Of a stretch of DNA of 64,000 nucleotides, positions 36,686 through 48,729 are shown piece by piece (positions within the stretch are counted from its first letter, which is position 1; each line of letters opens with the position of its first letter). The stretch comes from Callorhinchus milii (taxonomy: Eukaryota), in assembly GCF_018977255.1 (NCBI RefSeq), contig NW_024704771.1, positions 2,232,001 to 2,296,000 on the forward strand, given 5' to 3'. Under the pieces are notes generated by a model. It had not been told where the DNA came from. It searched no databases and saw only the letters and a program-made list of their open reading frames with translations. The translations under genes were made by a program, and so were the position numbers.

Positions 36686-37439
36686 AGATGTCTCGCAGAC
36701 GTGATAAGGCTCTATTCCAAATGCAAGGATTATTATTATGAAGCATTACGTTTTGTGTTGAAGGATAGTCTACAGAGCGGTTGCAAAGTCATGTTAGCCC
36801 CACAAGTTTTTTTTCTTACAATGAATTTTTCTTTTCTGAGACTACGGAGAAGCTGAAACAAGTTATCAGAGATATATTTCAACTTGTTACTCCATCATGG
36901 TACAGAAGATGTCACCCCGAACTTGGCAACAGATCATTATCTGCCATGAAAATGGTGGAGCTCACTCACTCTCACCGATCCTCTGGACATCTAAATACAG
37001 TTAAACCTCAACCTCACCTCCTCGCCGTACATGAAAGGTGCTACATAAGTGTAATTTTGTTGTTTTTGTGGTACAGAATAAAATTACGGACTTCAAAATA
37101 CATTCACAGTGAACAATTGTTTCATAAAAATAAGTTGTTTCATGAAACAATGTGTGATTTGTAATGGGAGATGTTACTGGTAGGAACGTACCTTTGATCT
37201 TTTGGTACTGTTTTATACTGTAGTTGACAAGAACACTCAGCATTATTATGGCAAGTCCTAAGAGCAGTGAGGAAACCAGGAATTCCACTGGCGCTTTGGG
37301 AAAGACGTCGTCTGTCAAGAAATGTAAATAGACATTTAAAGAAGCAGAGTGTCAGCCTGGCTCAGTGGCTTTTCCTTCTGAGTCAGAAGGTGTGGTTCAA
37401 GTCCCCAAGTCAGGATTTGGAATCAAATAGTTTACAACA

Positions 37440-38440
37440 ACAACAACATTATATTGTGCAGAGTCTTTCACGTTGGGAGAATGTCCCAAGGCATTGGACA
37501 GTGTACAGTATTTCAGATCTGAGCTAGATTCAGGTGGGGGAGAAGGGAGGGGAGGGGAAAGAGGGTGGCTGATGGCATGGTCGAAGAGGAGGAGGCGCTC
37601 TATAAATGGAATCTTGTTGTTGTTGTTGTTGAGGGTCTTGAGGAGGTACTTGAAGGAGGCTAAGTAGTGGGCGAGACGGAGTGATTGGGGATGGAATTCC
37701 AGAGGTTGTGGGCAGAGTGACTGAAGGCTCTCCTGCCAATGGTGGAGCGTGTGAGTCGGGGGACGTTGAGCAGGGCAGAGCCGGCAGAGTGGAGGGAGCG
37801 TGCGGGTTGGTAGGGTGTTAGGAGGTCACAGAGATAGGGTGGGGCGAGACCATGGAGGGCTTTGTATGTGAGGACCAGGATCTTGAACTGGATCCTCTGA
37901 AGAATAGGGAGCCAATGAATTCGGGCGAGAATGGGGAAGATGGGGGTCACGGAGTTTGGTGCAGGAGAGGACATGGGCTGCAGAATTCTGGATTATCTGC
38001 AGCCTGTGGAGGGAGGTGTTATGAAGGCCGACAAGCGGGGAGTTTGCATAGTCGAGCCTGGAGGTGATGAAGGCATGAACAAGAGTTTCAGTGGCCTGAG
38101 GGGTGAGGTAGTGGTGGAGTCGGGCGATGTTATGGAGGTGGGGAATGGTAGAGTGGTTCATGGCTTGGATGTGGGTAGAAAAGATAGTTGAGGGTCGAAC
38201 AAGACACCCAGGTTCCTGACTGGCTGAAGGTTGATGCGGCAAGAGCCTGAGGTGCTGAGCCAATCAGGAGGGCCTCAGTCTTGTTCACATTCAACTGTAG
38301 GAAATTTGCCCTCATCCAGGACTTGTTGTCTGACAGGCAGTCTGTCAGGACAGCAGTGGTCCTGGAGTTGAGGGTGGAGGCAGAAAGATGACCCCATGTC
38401 TGTGGATGATGTCACCAAGAGGGAGCACGAAGAGTAAGCT
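37440..38440 (-). mobile_element. L2 LINE 3' fragment inserted into the family-2 SINE of pseudogene B
   Basis: HLHNIARLHHYLTPQATETLVHAFITSRLDYANS...ILARIHWLPILQRIQFKILVLTYKALHGLAPPYL. Confidence 0.85.
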
Positions 38441-39959
38441 GAAGCCACAGTGCATTGCTGGGGGTGTTGTATTGCCGAAGGTGCCATCCTTCAGATAAGA
38501 TGCTAAACTGAGGTCCTGATGTCTACCAACCAGGCTGGTTGAATGATTTATTTCTATTTGGCTTTTAACACTGAAGTCCTCTCTGACCATCTAGTTACTG
38601 AATGTTGTTAAGTTAATGAATTGATAATCTTGTACATTGCAGATTTCATCAAATAAAAATGAGTTCTAAACATTACTAAACAATAACGTTCAACTCCATC
38701 ACTGCCTCTTTATGCCATCTGGTGTACTCAATGAATCCTGTACTCTCCATTGCCTGACACCCGCACATTTTCCAGTCTGAGAGATAAGAGGAATGTAAAT
38801 TGTAGACATTATACAAAGTGCTTTTAGGCCTCATCTGAAGCTATGACATGAAGATTGGGAAGAAGCTGATTTACGAGATCTTTAGAAATCTTTAGCTGCT
38901 GATTCACAAAGATTAAAACTTGGGAAGAAATGGTTTAGCTGTGTTGAGGATGATTAGACATAAGTTACATTCCTCATCACTGAGGAAATTTAAGGGGTGA
39001 TTGAGGTGTTTCAAATGGTGAAGGGAATTGTCAAGCTATTGGAGACAATTCCTTCATTATTATGATCGAACAACAACTGCTACGTAAACAGAGGAGGATG
39101 GAGAAAGAAAGCTTATGTCAGGTTTAGCTCCGCCCGTACTTGAAACCTTTGAGCCTTTGTTCATCTCCTGGAACATTAGCAGCTCTCAGTGTGTGAATCA
39201 CATTCATTCCCAGCCACCGCCTTCAGCAGCTCTGCCTTTACCTTTAGCAGTTAAACCCCAACAGAAATCAAAGACATACAATGTGTTTCCTTACCAGCCA
39301 GTGAGAGGGGAAGCACAAGCCATAGGACCTGAATACAGTGTTTCCAGCTCATCTTCTCGGAACTTCACAATGAGATCACAACTGGTGATAACACAGCAAA
39401 TCAGATCATTACACACAGAGATTTGTGTTTGTACATCTGTCTATACTAATAAAGGCAAAATGTCAGTGTGTGTTTGTCTGTCAAGCCATTAACGCAATGA
39501 CTGATTGACGTAGAGACATAGTTATATAAGGTCTTGAAAGTTGGAGTGGCATGGGCATATTTGTTTTCAGGATTTCATATTGTTGATGAGCTATATTTTN
39601 AAAAATGTATTACTTAAGCCCCAAAATATGAGGTATTCACGGTATTCTGCAACAAAATTTTGACTGAGAAAATCACACACCGTTCTAGAGAGATTCATCT
39701 ATAACTAATATATTTTAAAGTAAATTAGCGACAGAGTAAACCATGGACTTATTCTAGGGGTATCTCCTATCATTATATAAAGTATAATAATATATTATAA
39801 TGTATAATAATATAATTATATAGTATAATAATATGAAAGTATAATAATATACTAAAAACTGTCAGCTGTAGCTCGAGCACCTCTGCACCTACAGCCTCTG
39901 CTTTCAAAGGCCCAAACTGACTTACTTCAAAGGCATCCTGGAGGCAAACAACACTTCAA

Positions 39960-42140
39960 GATGCTGTTTTCCACCATCCATCACCAACTCTGTGCACCCC
40001 CTCAAGTCCCCTCTATCCTCACATCAAATGCCAAGTGGAATAAGGTCCTAGACTTCTTTGCTTCAAAAATTGAAAACATCCATTTGTTTGCATTGGCCTG
40101 CGTCCTCGCCAATCCCCCAACATGTCCCCTTCCACCTCACCCAGACCATCCACACTGTCTCCTTCCTTTGCCACAGCTCCTGCCACTCCCCCTTCCTTAC
40201 ACTCCTTTGCCCCCATTTCTACCCCCTCCCTCTCAACCACAATCACCCAGATGAAGTTCACCATCTGCTGCCTCAAACCCTCTCCATCCAGCTGCTGGTT
40301 ACTCAACTCCCCCTTCTCTCATCCTGCTGGCAACATGGTCAACCAGTCTCATTCCTCAGGCTGTGTTCCACTCTCCCTAAAAAGGCACTGTTATCCCCTC
40401 CCCCCCAAAAATCCTGAATCTCTCTCGTCTTTCATACTGCTGTCTGATCTACAACCTACCCTTCCCTGCCGAAGTCCGGGAATGCATTGTTATAGGTCAA
40501 ATTCGGTCAAACCTTTCCCCCCCATTCACTCTACGATCCTGCAGTCTGGTTTCCGCCCTGCACACAGCACAGAGACAGCGCTTGTCAAAATCACAAAAGA
40601 CATTCTCTCTATCTGTGACCAGGGCTCTCTCTGCCTCCTCGTCCTCCTGGATCTCTCTGTCACATTTGACACAGTCAACCATGCCATTCTCCTCCACCAT
40701 CTCTCCTCTCTCATCTACCTTAGAGACCACACTTGCAAGGTTTGAGTCCTACATAATGAACTGCCTCCATTTCATCTCAGCAAATTGATTCACGTCCCAC
40801 CCCTGCTCAGTCACCTGTGGGATACCCCATTGCTGCATTCTTTCATTACCTATATGCTCCCTCTGGGCAATGCCATCCACTGACATAGGGTAAACGTCCA
40901 CACTTATGCAATGATAAACAAATTTACTTTGCCTCTTCCAGTACCAACTCCAACTCCAGCTTGTTTGGCACACAGTAAAGCCTGGATGAGGGTAAACTTC
41001 CTGCAGCTAAATATGAACAAAATGGAAGTCATACTCCATGGTGCCCATCAACGCCTTCACTCCTGTGGATCTAAGCTTCTCAACCTCTCTGAGCTCTCCC
41101 TCAGACTCATTGAACCAGTGCACAATCTTGGTGTTCAGTTTGACCCCAACTATCCGTCCTCACCCACATCTGATCCCTGACCAGGACCAACTTCTACCTC
41201 AGCCACATTACCCACCTTTGGACCATACCTTAATAATAAAAAAAATCCTTGCATTTGATAAAGTGCTTTTCATGTCTTCTTGATGTCTCAAAGTGCTTCA
41301 CAGAACAGACTGTAAAGTGAATTGACTGTATATTTGTGGGCGAAATGCAGCAGCCAATTGTGTCCCACAAACAGTCGTGGATTGAAAATGACCAATTTAT
41401 AATTGTTTTATTTTGGAGGGATTATTATTAGGCTTTGTGTGGAGTAAGGAAACTTGCCCAAGGTTTCGCCCTCTGCCTGGAATTGAGTCCAGGTGTTGCG
41501 TTTGCAAGACAAGTGCTCTAACCACTGAGCTACAGGACTTAACCGAAATGCAGCTGAAAAACTTGTGCATTCGTTTGCCAAATCCAGCTTGGATTACTCC
41601 AAAATACTCCACATCGGTCTCCCCAGCTCCACCATTCAAAAGATCCAGCTCATTCTTCCGAATGCCGCCTGCATTCTGACCTGGACCAAAGTCTATATCA
41701 ACATCTTACCAGTTCTGGCCAGGCTCCACTGACTCCCCATCACTGAATAGATCAACTTCAAGAGACTCACACTCATATTCAAACTCATTCACTCCGAGCA
41801 CCTCCTTACTTCTCCGGCCTCCTCACTGCCCAATCCACCACCCGGTGTCTCCGCCTGACTGGCACTGGTCTCTTGCTCATCCATCGCACCCTTCGCCCCA
41901 CAATCGGAGGTCGCACTATTGGCTACTACTCTATGAAGCTCTGGAACACCCTCCCTCAATCCCTCCATCTTGACCATTCCCCTTTTTCAAGTCCTGCCTG
42001 AAAATGTTCTTCTCTTACCGTGCTTATGGCCAGCTACCATCCCCACCAACCACCAGTTTGGAGTCAGGCGTCGCCACTGTTAAGCGCTATGAGATGCTAC
42101 CCAGTGTGAAGGGCACTATATAAGTGCAAGTTGTTGTTGC
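39960..42140 (+). mobile_element. Degenerate L2 LINE ORF2 fragment, split by a family-1 SINE at ~41228-41540
   Basis: [23 protein letters not shown]...[20 protein letters not shown]; WMRVNFLQLNMNKMEVIL. Confidence 0.8.
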
Positions 42141-42667
42141 TATAAAGTATAATAATCTAACACAAAATATAATAATATAATATAAAGTATAATAATACTG
42201 AAATCTACATTCCATATTGGATCCTTTGATTGCAAGTGTAGTTGTAACAGGTACAGCCGGTAATTAATAAAAGCGGAAAATATAATTAATGATTCTGTGA
42301 TCTTATAACATGTACTTTGCATTTACACCCACAGCAGAACAAACTGCCTTCTCTGTTGGAATAGTGATTGGGATCTTTAACTGTGATAGTGAGGCCCCCC
42401 CTGGCTCCGCAGTGGGGGTCTCCATGAGGTGGTTTGGGGAAGAAACATGTTATGTGTAACTGCTGTAATGTGCTCCTGCCCTCCCTCTCCTCATAGCCGC
42501 TCCTTATTCACCCCAACATGGTGCAGGTCAGAGAGGGGCTCCCATTCCCTCCCTCCTCACTTGCCTCCAATCCTCAGCGTTTAAACAACAAACTGGGAAT
42601 AAACTGACTGCAGAGTTCCCGCTTTACTACTGACACAAACCTGACAATAGAGAACATTTATTTCACA

Positions 42668-43270
42668 CTATCTGTACCCATTGCAGCTTCGCTTGCAACC
42701 AAAGGATCCAATTTGGAATATATATTTCAGTGTTACCATCACATTTAAAATGCCATAAACCTTATGTGCACACCTTAAGCAAAACTGCCATACATATGTG
42801 ATGAGATTGTTCAGGTCATAGCTCATCAACGATAGGAGAACCCCCCCCCGCCCCAAAAGAATATACCCATTCCAGTTTCTCTGGATCTACATTCTTCCAT
42901 GCAAGACCTTTCCGATGAGGTATAAATCTTGTCTATACGTCAATGACTTATTGGCAGACAGATACACAAGACATTATTATTATCACAGACAGACGTTTCG
43001 TCTTCATTAGAATGTATTTCTCCAGAAGGGTGTGCGATTTCCACTGTCGCTTCTTTGTTGTAGAATACCATGCATACCTCATATTTTGTGGCTTATTTAA
43101 AGCTTTTTTCAATATAGCTCAATGCGAGGAGTTGCCTCCCCAAAAATATGTAATGACACTGCCCCATGCAAGACCTTTGCAATAAGGTATAAATCATGCC
43201 TCATCGTCAATCATTTATTGTGTTCTTGGTGGATACACAGACAGACATTTTGTCTTTATTGGTATAGAAT
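42668..43270 (-). mobile_element. Helitron-like element (orthologous copy in gene C at ~59474-60040; absent in A)
   Basis: The minus strand begins CTATACCAATAAAGACAAAATG and ends TTGCAAGCGAAGCTGCAATGGGTACAGATAG|T. Confidence 0.55.
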
Positions 43271-43490
43271 TTAACTCCACACCATCACACATAAAACTGA
43301 AACCAGTGAACTGTATAACGCGAATAAGAGTAAAGTTATGTAATTATTTTAATGATAAAATAATATTTAATTTCAGGAAGCAATTTCTGACACTTACCTG
43401 TTTAAGTTTGGCATTGAAAGACAAGAATCTACACTCTTAAAAGTAAACAAAACATGTGTCTGTGATGGCGATGTCCAGAGTCTAATCTTG

Positions 43491-43501
43491 CTTTCAGTTT
43501 C
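43491..43501 (-). promoter_or_regulatory. ISRE/IRF motif upstream of the non-coding exon of B
   Basis: GAAACTGAAAG about 100 bp upstream of the CAG|GTAAGT donor (~43397); conserved in C. Confidence 0.55.
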
Positions 43502-45699
43502 TGTGGGAATCACATTTTAGACACGCAAGCAGGGAAAGCGCAGTTCAAATTTTACCTATAAAATAGAGTGAAGAAACATCCTGTGATCTTCACGTTAATG
43601 TTGATTGTTGTTCATCATTTGCTATCAGAAAGTAATATTCCTGCTCTGAGACCCTGGTTACACCCTCACGTTTCCCTGAAATAATCTTCAATCCACAGAA
43701 AAAGTGATTGATTTCAGGTTAATGTGTAACAGATCTGTATGGTTGGAGGTGTTTGCTGAGGTTGGGAGGGGAGAGACCGAGGAGAGCTTTCAAGGTGAAA
43801 CAATGATCTGAAACTCAATCAGCTGAGGGTGGGGATGGGGATCTGAGCTGAGATAGAGTGATAGGTTGGCGGAGCCTGGAGTGAGAGAGGATACAGGTGC
43901 CGGTATTAACAACACCGTGACCATCTCTGTATGATCAAGACAGAATCGAAAACCTCGATCTATTAAAACAGCACTTGATGTTGTCGCAGAAACAGAATTT
44001 TAAAAACAGAATATAATCTATTGTAAACATAACATAACAAACTCACAATTCCTGTTTCAAAGCACTTTATTTACAGGCACAGTTACACTGTGTCCCCGCT
44101 CTGGCAGCCTGTATCTACAGGATGATGAGTTGATACCTATATTGGGGCGTGAGCCTCAGCTGTTCCCCCAGATTCCACATATCGTACACATACATATACA
44201 CAACAACAATAACTCGATATAGCGACCTTCATGGAGTGTAGCATCCCAGAGCACTGCACAGTGGTGGAGTCTGACAATAAGCCACGGGAGAAAGAGAGGG
44301 GAGGCGACTGTAAGCACGATCAAAATGGGGAGGTCATTGGGTGGGATTTCAAGGAGGGGAGTGAGGGAACTAAGTGGAGGGATTGAGGGAAGGAGTTCCA
44401 GAGGCTCAGAGTGTAATGGCTAAAAGCACGGCCACCAATGGTGAGTGGAGGTCATGAGGGACAGATAGGCTGGGGCCAGCTGAGTGGAGGCAGTGGGTGG
44501 TGGAGTGAGGGGTAAGCAGGTTGGATAGGTAGGGAGGTGCGAGGGAATGATGTAATTTGAAATGCATGAGAGGATCTTGATGTTGATCTGTTCAATGAAT
44601 GGGAGCCAGTGGAGTCTGGCAAGGACTGGTGTTTCATTTGGGTGAGTGTCCGGAGCGGGCAGCGGACGGAGTTTTTATTTAATTGAATTTTGCGTAGGGT
44701 GGAGATGGCAAAACCAGCGAGGAGGGCATTGAAACAGTCCAGCTAAGAAGTGAAGAAGGTGTGGATGAGGGTTTCAGCTGCATCAGTGAAGTATGGACGG
44801 CAGTGGGCAATATGGCGGAGGTGGAATAAATGGGTCCTGTTCAGGGAATGAATGTGTGGTAGAAAGGAAATACAGATACAATACTGTCTGGTATCAGACA
44901 CCACCTCATCTTTGTACTGGGTGTAGGTGGTAATATAATAATAACCTTTGTATTTGATAAAACAACAAGCAGTGGGAAAGCTCGGCAAGCTTTGCCTGAA
45001 AGGATGGTTTAAGCTGATTCAATAACAATGTTTAAGAGAAAAGTAGGGAGGACAAATATGCAGGGCTATCAGGAGAGAGCGGGGGGTGCGATTGATTTGG
45101 AAGCTCTTTTCAAAGAGCTGACACAATGGGCCAAATAGCCTCCTCCTGTGCTGTATAATGTATGATTCTATAGCTATGCAGTTTTATCTATTTAAACTCC
45201 AGCAGTTATCCCAATGCACATTCTGGGTTCCCCCGGCCTTGGTTCTTGCCAACCTGAGCCTAATACTTTCCGGAATTAGGTAAATAGGATGTGTCCCTCC
45301 AAGGAGAGAGTTCACATTGCATTCCAACAATCTATCTCTGGGATTTCCATGTGTAGATGGGATGCAAGAAAATCCCAGCTTGGTTTGGTCACTCTTAAGC
45401 CTCTCAGCCTGAAATGATCTTCCAGGATTCCTGCACTGATAATCTCCAGTGCCCAAAGCTGGGAAGGTGCGTGTGTGGATGTTGTGCTGTTTGTCACAGC
45501 CTTTGTGCTTCTTCTCTGCCCAGTTTTCCTCCTTCAGCTGCTCCGAACAGTACGTGAAGTGTGTGGTGTTGGTGTCGAGTCAGACTGTGTGTGTGTGTGT
45601 GTTTGGCTTCACCGAAGAGCAGAAATGTGCGTGAGCAAGAATCACAATGACATCTACACCCCCCCCACAACTGGTAAGAGAATCTATACTAAGGACACC

Positions 45700-46100
45700 A
45701 TACTATAGGAAGGATATTAAGGCATTGGAAAGGGTGCAGAGGAGATTTACGAGGATGGCACAAGGATGGTACCAGGAATGAGGGACCGTGATTATGAGGA
45801 AAGGTGAGAGGTTAGGATTATTCTCATTGGAGCAGAGAAGGTTACGAGGACCTAATAGAGGTCTTTAAAATCATGAGGGCATTTGATAGGTTAGAAAGGG
45901 AAAAACTGTTTCCACTGGTGGGTGTGTCGGTGACTCGAGGTCATATATTCAAAATTGTTTCTAAAAGAAGCCGAGGGGAGGTGAGAATTTTTTTTCATGC
46001 AGCGAGTTGTTCGAATCTGGAACGCATTGCCTGAAAGGGATGTCGAGGCCGATTTGTAACTACGTTTAAACGCGGTGGACGGGTATTTGAGGAGGACGGG
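45700..46100 (+). mobile_element. CR1 LINE 3' fragment
   Basis: KALERVQRRFTRM...LFSLEQRRLRG-like sequence. Confidence 0.8.
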
Positions 46101-46464
46101 TGTGCAGGGTTATGTACCCCATGGGGTCGAGGAGAGAGTGAAGGCAGGGAGGGCAGTGGGAGAGAAGGACAGAGGGGGGATAGCGGATAGAGGGGGTTGG
46201 GAGCAGAGGCATAGAAGGGGGTGGGAGGAGAGACATTTAGAATGGAGGGTGAGGCTTGGGTTGGGCGGCAGCAAAAACGTACACACAGAGACCGGGAGTG
46301 AGCGACCAGGGGGACGGCATCAGCCCTCAGGCTTAGCCTCCCAGGTCATGGCTGGGATGGCAGTGGCAGCGGCTGCCAGGCCATTGCCGTTGTTGGTCAT
46401 TATTTTTTAACTGTGACGTCACGCCGGTGTCACTTTGTGAATCGTGCCCCCTCTCCTCACTTAC

Positions 46465-46581
46465 CTTCCCACCGTGCTCTCCCGACTCCTCACTCCCCGC
46501 GCTCTCCTGACTCCGCTCCCGATTGAGTGGCTCCTCACCTCGCTGGGCTTTATACCTGCAGCTCGGCCTCGGGTCCGCCCC
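46465..46581 (-). promoter_or_regulatory. Compact Pol II core promoter plus 60-nt first exon (GC box, TATA, Inr, splice donor)
   Basis: GGGGCGG 46575-46581; TATAAAG 46548-46554; Inr-like TCAATC with its A at 46524 (30 nt from the TATA); AAG|GTAAGT donor after 46465. Confidence 0.6.
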
Positions 46582-47447
46582 ACGCTCCGCTGAATCCACT
46601 CCCGACAAAGGATGTACAGCACAGAAACCGCCAAACCAGTCTGTGACGGTGTTTATGCTCCACATCAGTCTCCACCCATTCCTTACTCCCTCCCATTCCA
46701 TTCAATCCTCCTCTCCCTCATGCGAAGGTCTCCTGACTGTGCTTAAAGGGAGTGTCCCAAACACGTGTGCTCATCCCGTGTGTTGTTAACCAGCCTGAAA
46801 GCCCCATAAAGGGGAGGGTTTGGGGGATAGGTTTAGAGGATCCAACTTCCTCTTGACAACAACACAGTCCTATAGCTGTGTGGTTTGAGCACTCGCCTCA
46901 CAAGAGAGAGATTCCTGGGTGGGGTGAAACCTTAGGCAAGTTTCCTTATTCCACATACCTGTTTAAGTAAGTACGAACCTGGTTGATAGTTGATTGATGG
47001 ATCGCTTTCCGGGTGTGATAATCTCTCCGACATGGTTAATTGGGTCACTCAATCCAGCACCGTTCGTGGGACACTGCCCTGCACACTTGGCTGTAACATT
47101 TCACCCACAGAACACAGTCACTGCACATTACAGTATGTTCTCTGAAGTGTTTTAAAACGTATCAGCAAACCCCAAACATGGAGCAGCCGGTGAGGCTGTA
47201 GAGAGAAGCAACAACCGGATCAGAAACAAACACTGGAGCAGAGAGTAATGAGGGTCAGAGGAGGAGTTGGGCATTCGGTGTCTCAGCGCTGTGTTACCTG
47301 TGTGGTCTCTGTACAGTAAGGGGGAGAGTGGGTTAAGACAGCTCAGGGTGTGTCAGGGGTTGAAGGTTAGGGATGTGTGTATCAGAGGGTGAGGGGTGTG
47401 TGCAGATTCTGTGTAATGATTGGACGTAAAATAATAGCATCACATGA

Positions 47448-47453
47448 TTTATT
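47448..47453 (-). terminator. Candidate poly(A) signal of gene C
   Basis: AATAAA on the minus strand about 770 nt after the B30.2 stop codon. Confidence 0.5.
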
Positions 47454-48217
47454 GTAAATTGAGGCAGTATTTTGCAAGTTAATCCAATATTTTGGACAAT
47501 AATATCCACTTGAACAGACACAGACGTGACCTCGGCTTAATGAAGATACAGCTTCTTGGGTGACTGTTAGTGAATGAGAAATGTTACAGATTATAAAAGC
47601 TGTCACTGAAAATATACATTGTTTATACACAGTGAGACGCGGCTGCTCACTGGACAACACAGCACCTGTTTATAGATATAAAAGTGATTTGGGAGATTTC
47701 AGTGAGATTCTGAGCACAGCCCCGACTGTGAGACTGGGCATTGCTGGAGAGAAAGATATCAGCGATATATATCCCTGTCTCAGAGCGTGTGAGTCACACA
47801 CTGGATGGCAAGTCAGATTCTCTCAACACGAGCACAGAGACGAGCTGGCGATGAGCTTTACACAGATGGCTGCAGAGAGGACCGCAGAAATTTTAAAGAT
47901 ATCTATTTTGGTGTCAGACTCAGTCCGGCTGGTTGTGAATCCAGGATACCCGGAGTCCTGTTAGTGGGGTTTACTGTATTGATGCTGGAATGTGCAGTTG
48001 CCGTGTTGTGGCTGCTCAGTGACGATGGCCACAGATGGCTTTCCCGGCACAGGATACAATGTGGAGCTGACGTCTCCCAGGGAGACCCCACTCAGCTCCA
48101 CCCTTCACTTCCCGTCACAATCTCAGCTCAAAACTGGAGCAACAGCACAGAATCAAACACTCGGCACCATCCAAACCTCATGGAAAAAACAGTCAAATTT
48201 TCCTCCTCATTAACCTG

Positions 48218-48729
48218 TCACCGGCAGATTGTCAGAGGCTCAGAATCAAACATGGGATGTAAAAGAGGATAAAGTTTCTCAGTGAAAGTTTGGGTGAAAG
48301 TGTGGAGATGAGACATGTTGTCAGCGTTGTAAAATGACACCTGTCCCCCCTCATAGTCCAGGTAAACCCCGACCTTCCCGGGTCCCACTGTCAGGGACAG
48401 GCGGGTACGAGGAGACGTCAGAGCCTCATAGGTGCCGCTCCCCAGCTCCACCCCACAGACCCCACCCTCTGGTGTCCATGTGATTGGTTGTTTCCTGTTG
48501 ACAGACTCTGTGGCCAATCCCACAATCCACATTGTCTTGTTGCCCACCTGCACCTCCCAGTAATGTCTCCCTGATGTGAAGCCCTCAGATCCCAGGACAC
48601 AGCGAGATCCATTAAACCTCTTCGGGGAGTCAGGGAGCGGCTGCTGTTTGCCTCCGTATCTCACACTGGTCCGGTCCTCAGACAGGATGAGCAGGGGATG
48701 GGCTGTGTCAGGATCCAGAGTGACTGTAA
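48218..48729 (-). CDS. B30.2 (PRY/SPRY) exon of gene C
   Basis: [23 protein letters not shown]...[10 protein letters not shown]...[18 protein letters not shown]...EKLYPLLHP. Confidence 0.95.

Larger units (their letters stand above)
32380..39352 (-). pseudogene. Butyrophilin-like pseudogene B
   Basis: Intact: leader 39295-39352 ([19 protein letters not shown]), TM 37192-37311 and microexons 36970-36990, 35995-36012, 34802-34828. Broken: IgV reduced to 38681-38784 with its donor mutated GT>TT; IgC relic 38530-38615; B30.2 exon 32380-32772 has an internal rearrangement, a (CT)n expansion and a 3' truncation. Confidence 0.88.

Noticed and set aside
45475-45560. Hydrophobic leader-like plus-strand frame DVVLFVTAFVLLLCPV followed by GTA(C/T)GT, duplicated at ~61565
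   Set aside because: The track start is GTG; there is no conserved in-frame ATG in both copies and no downstream plus-strand exons. It is probably the antisense of a purine-rich TE relic that is also present at 24350-24450.
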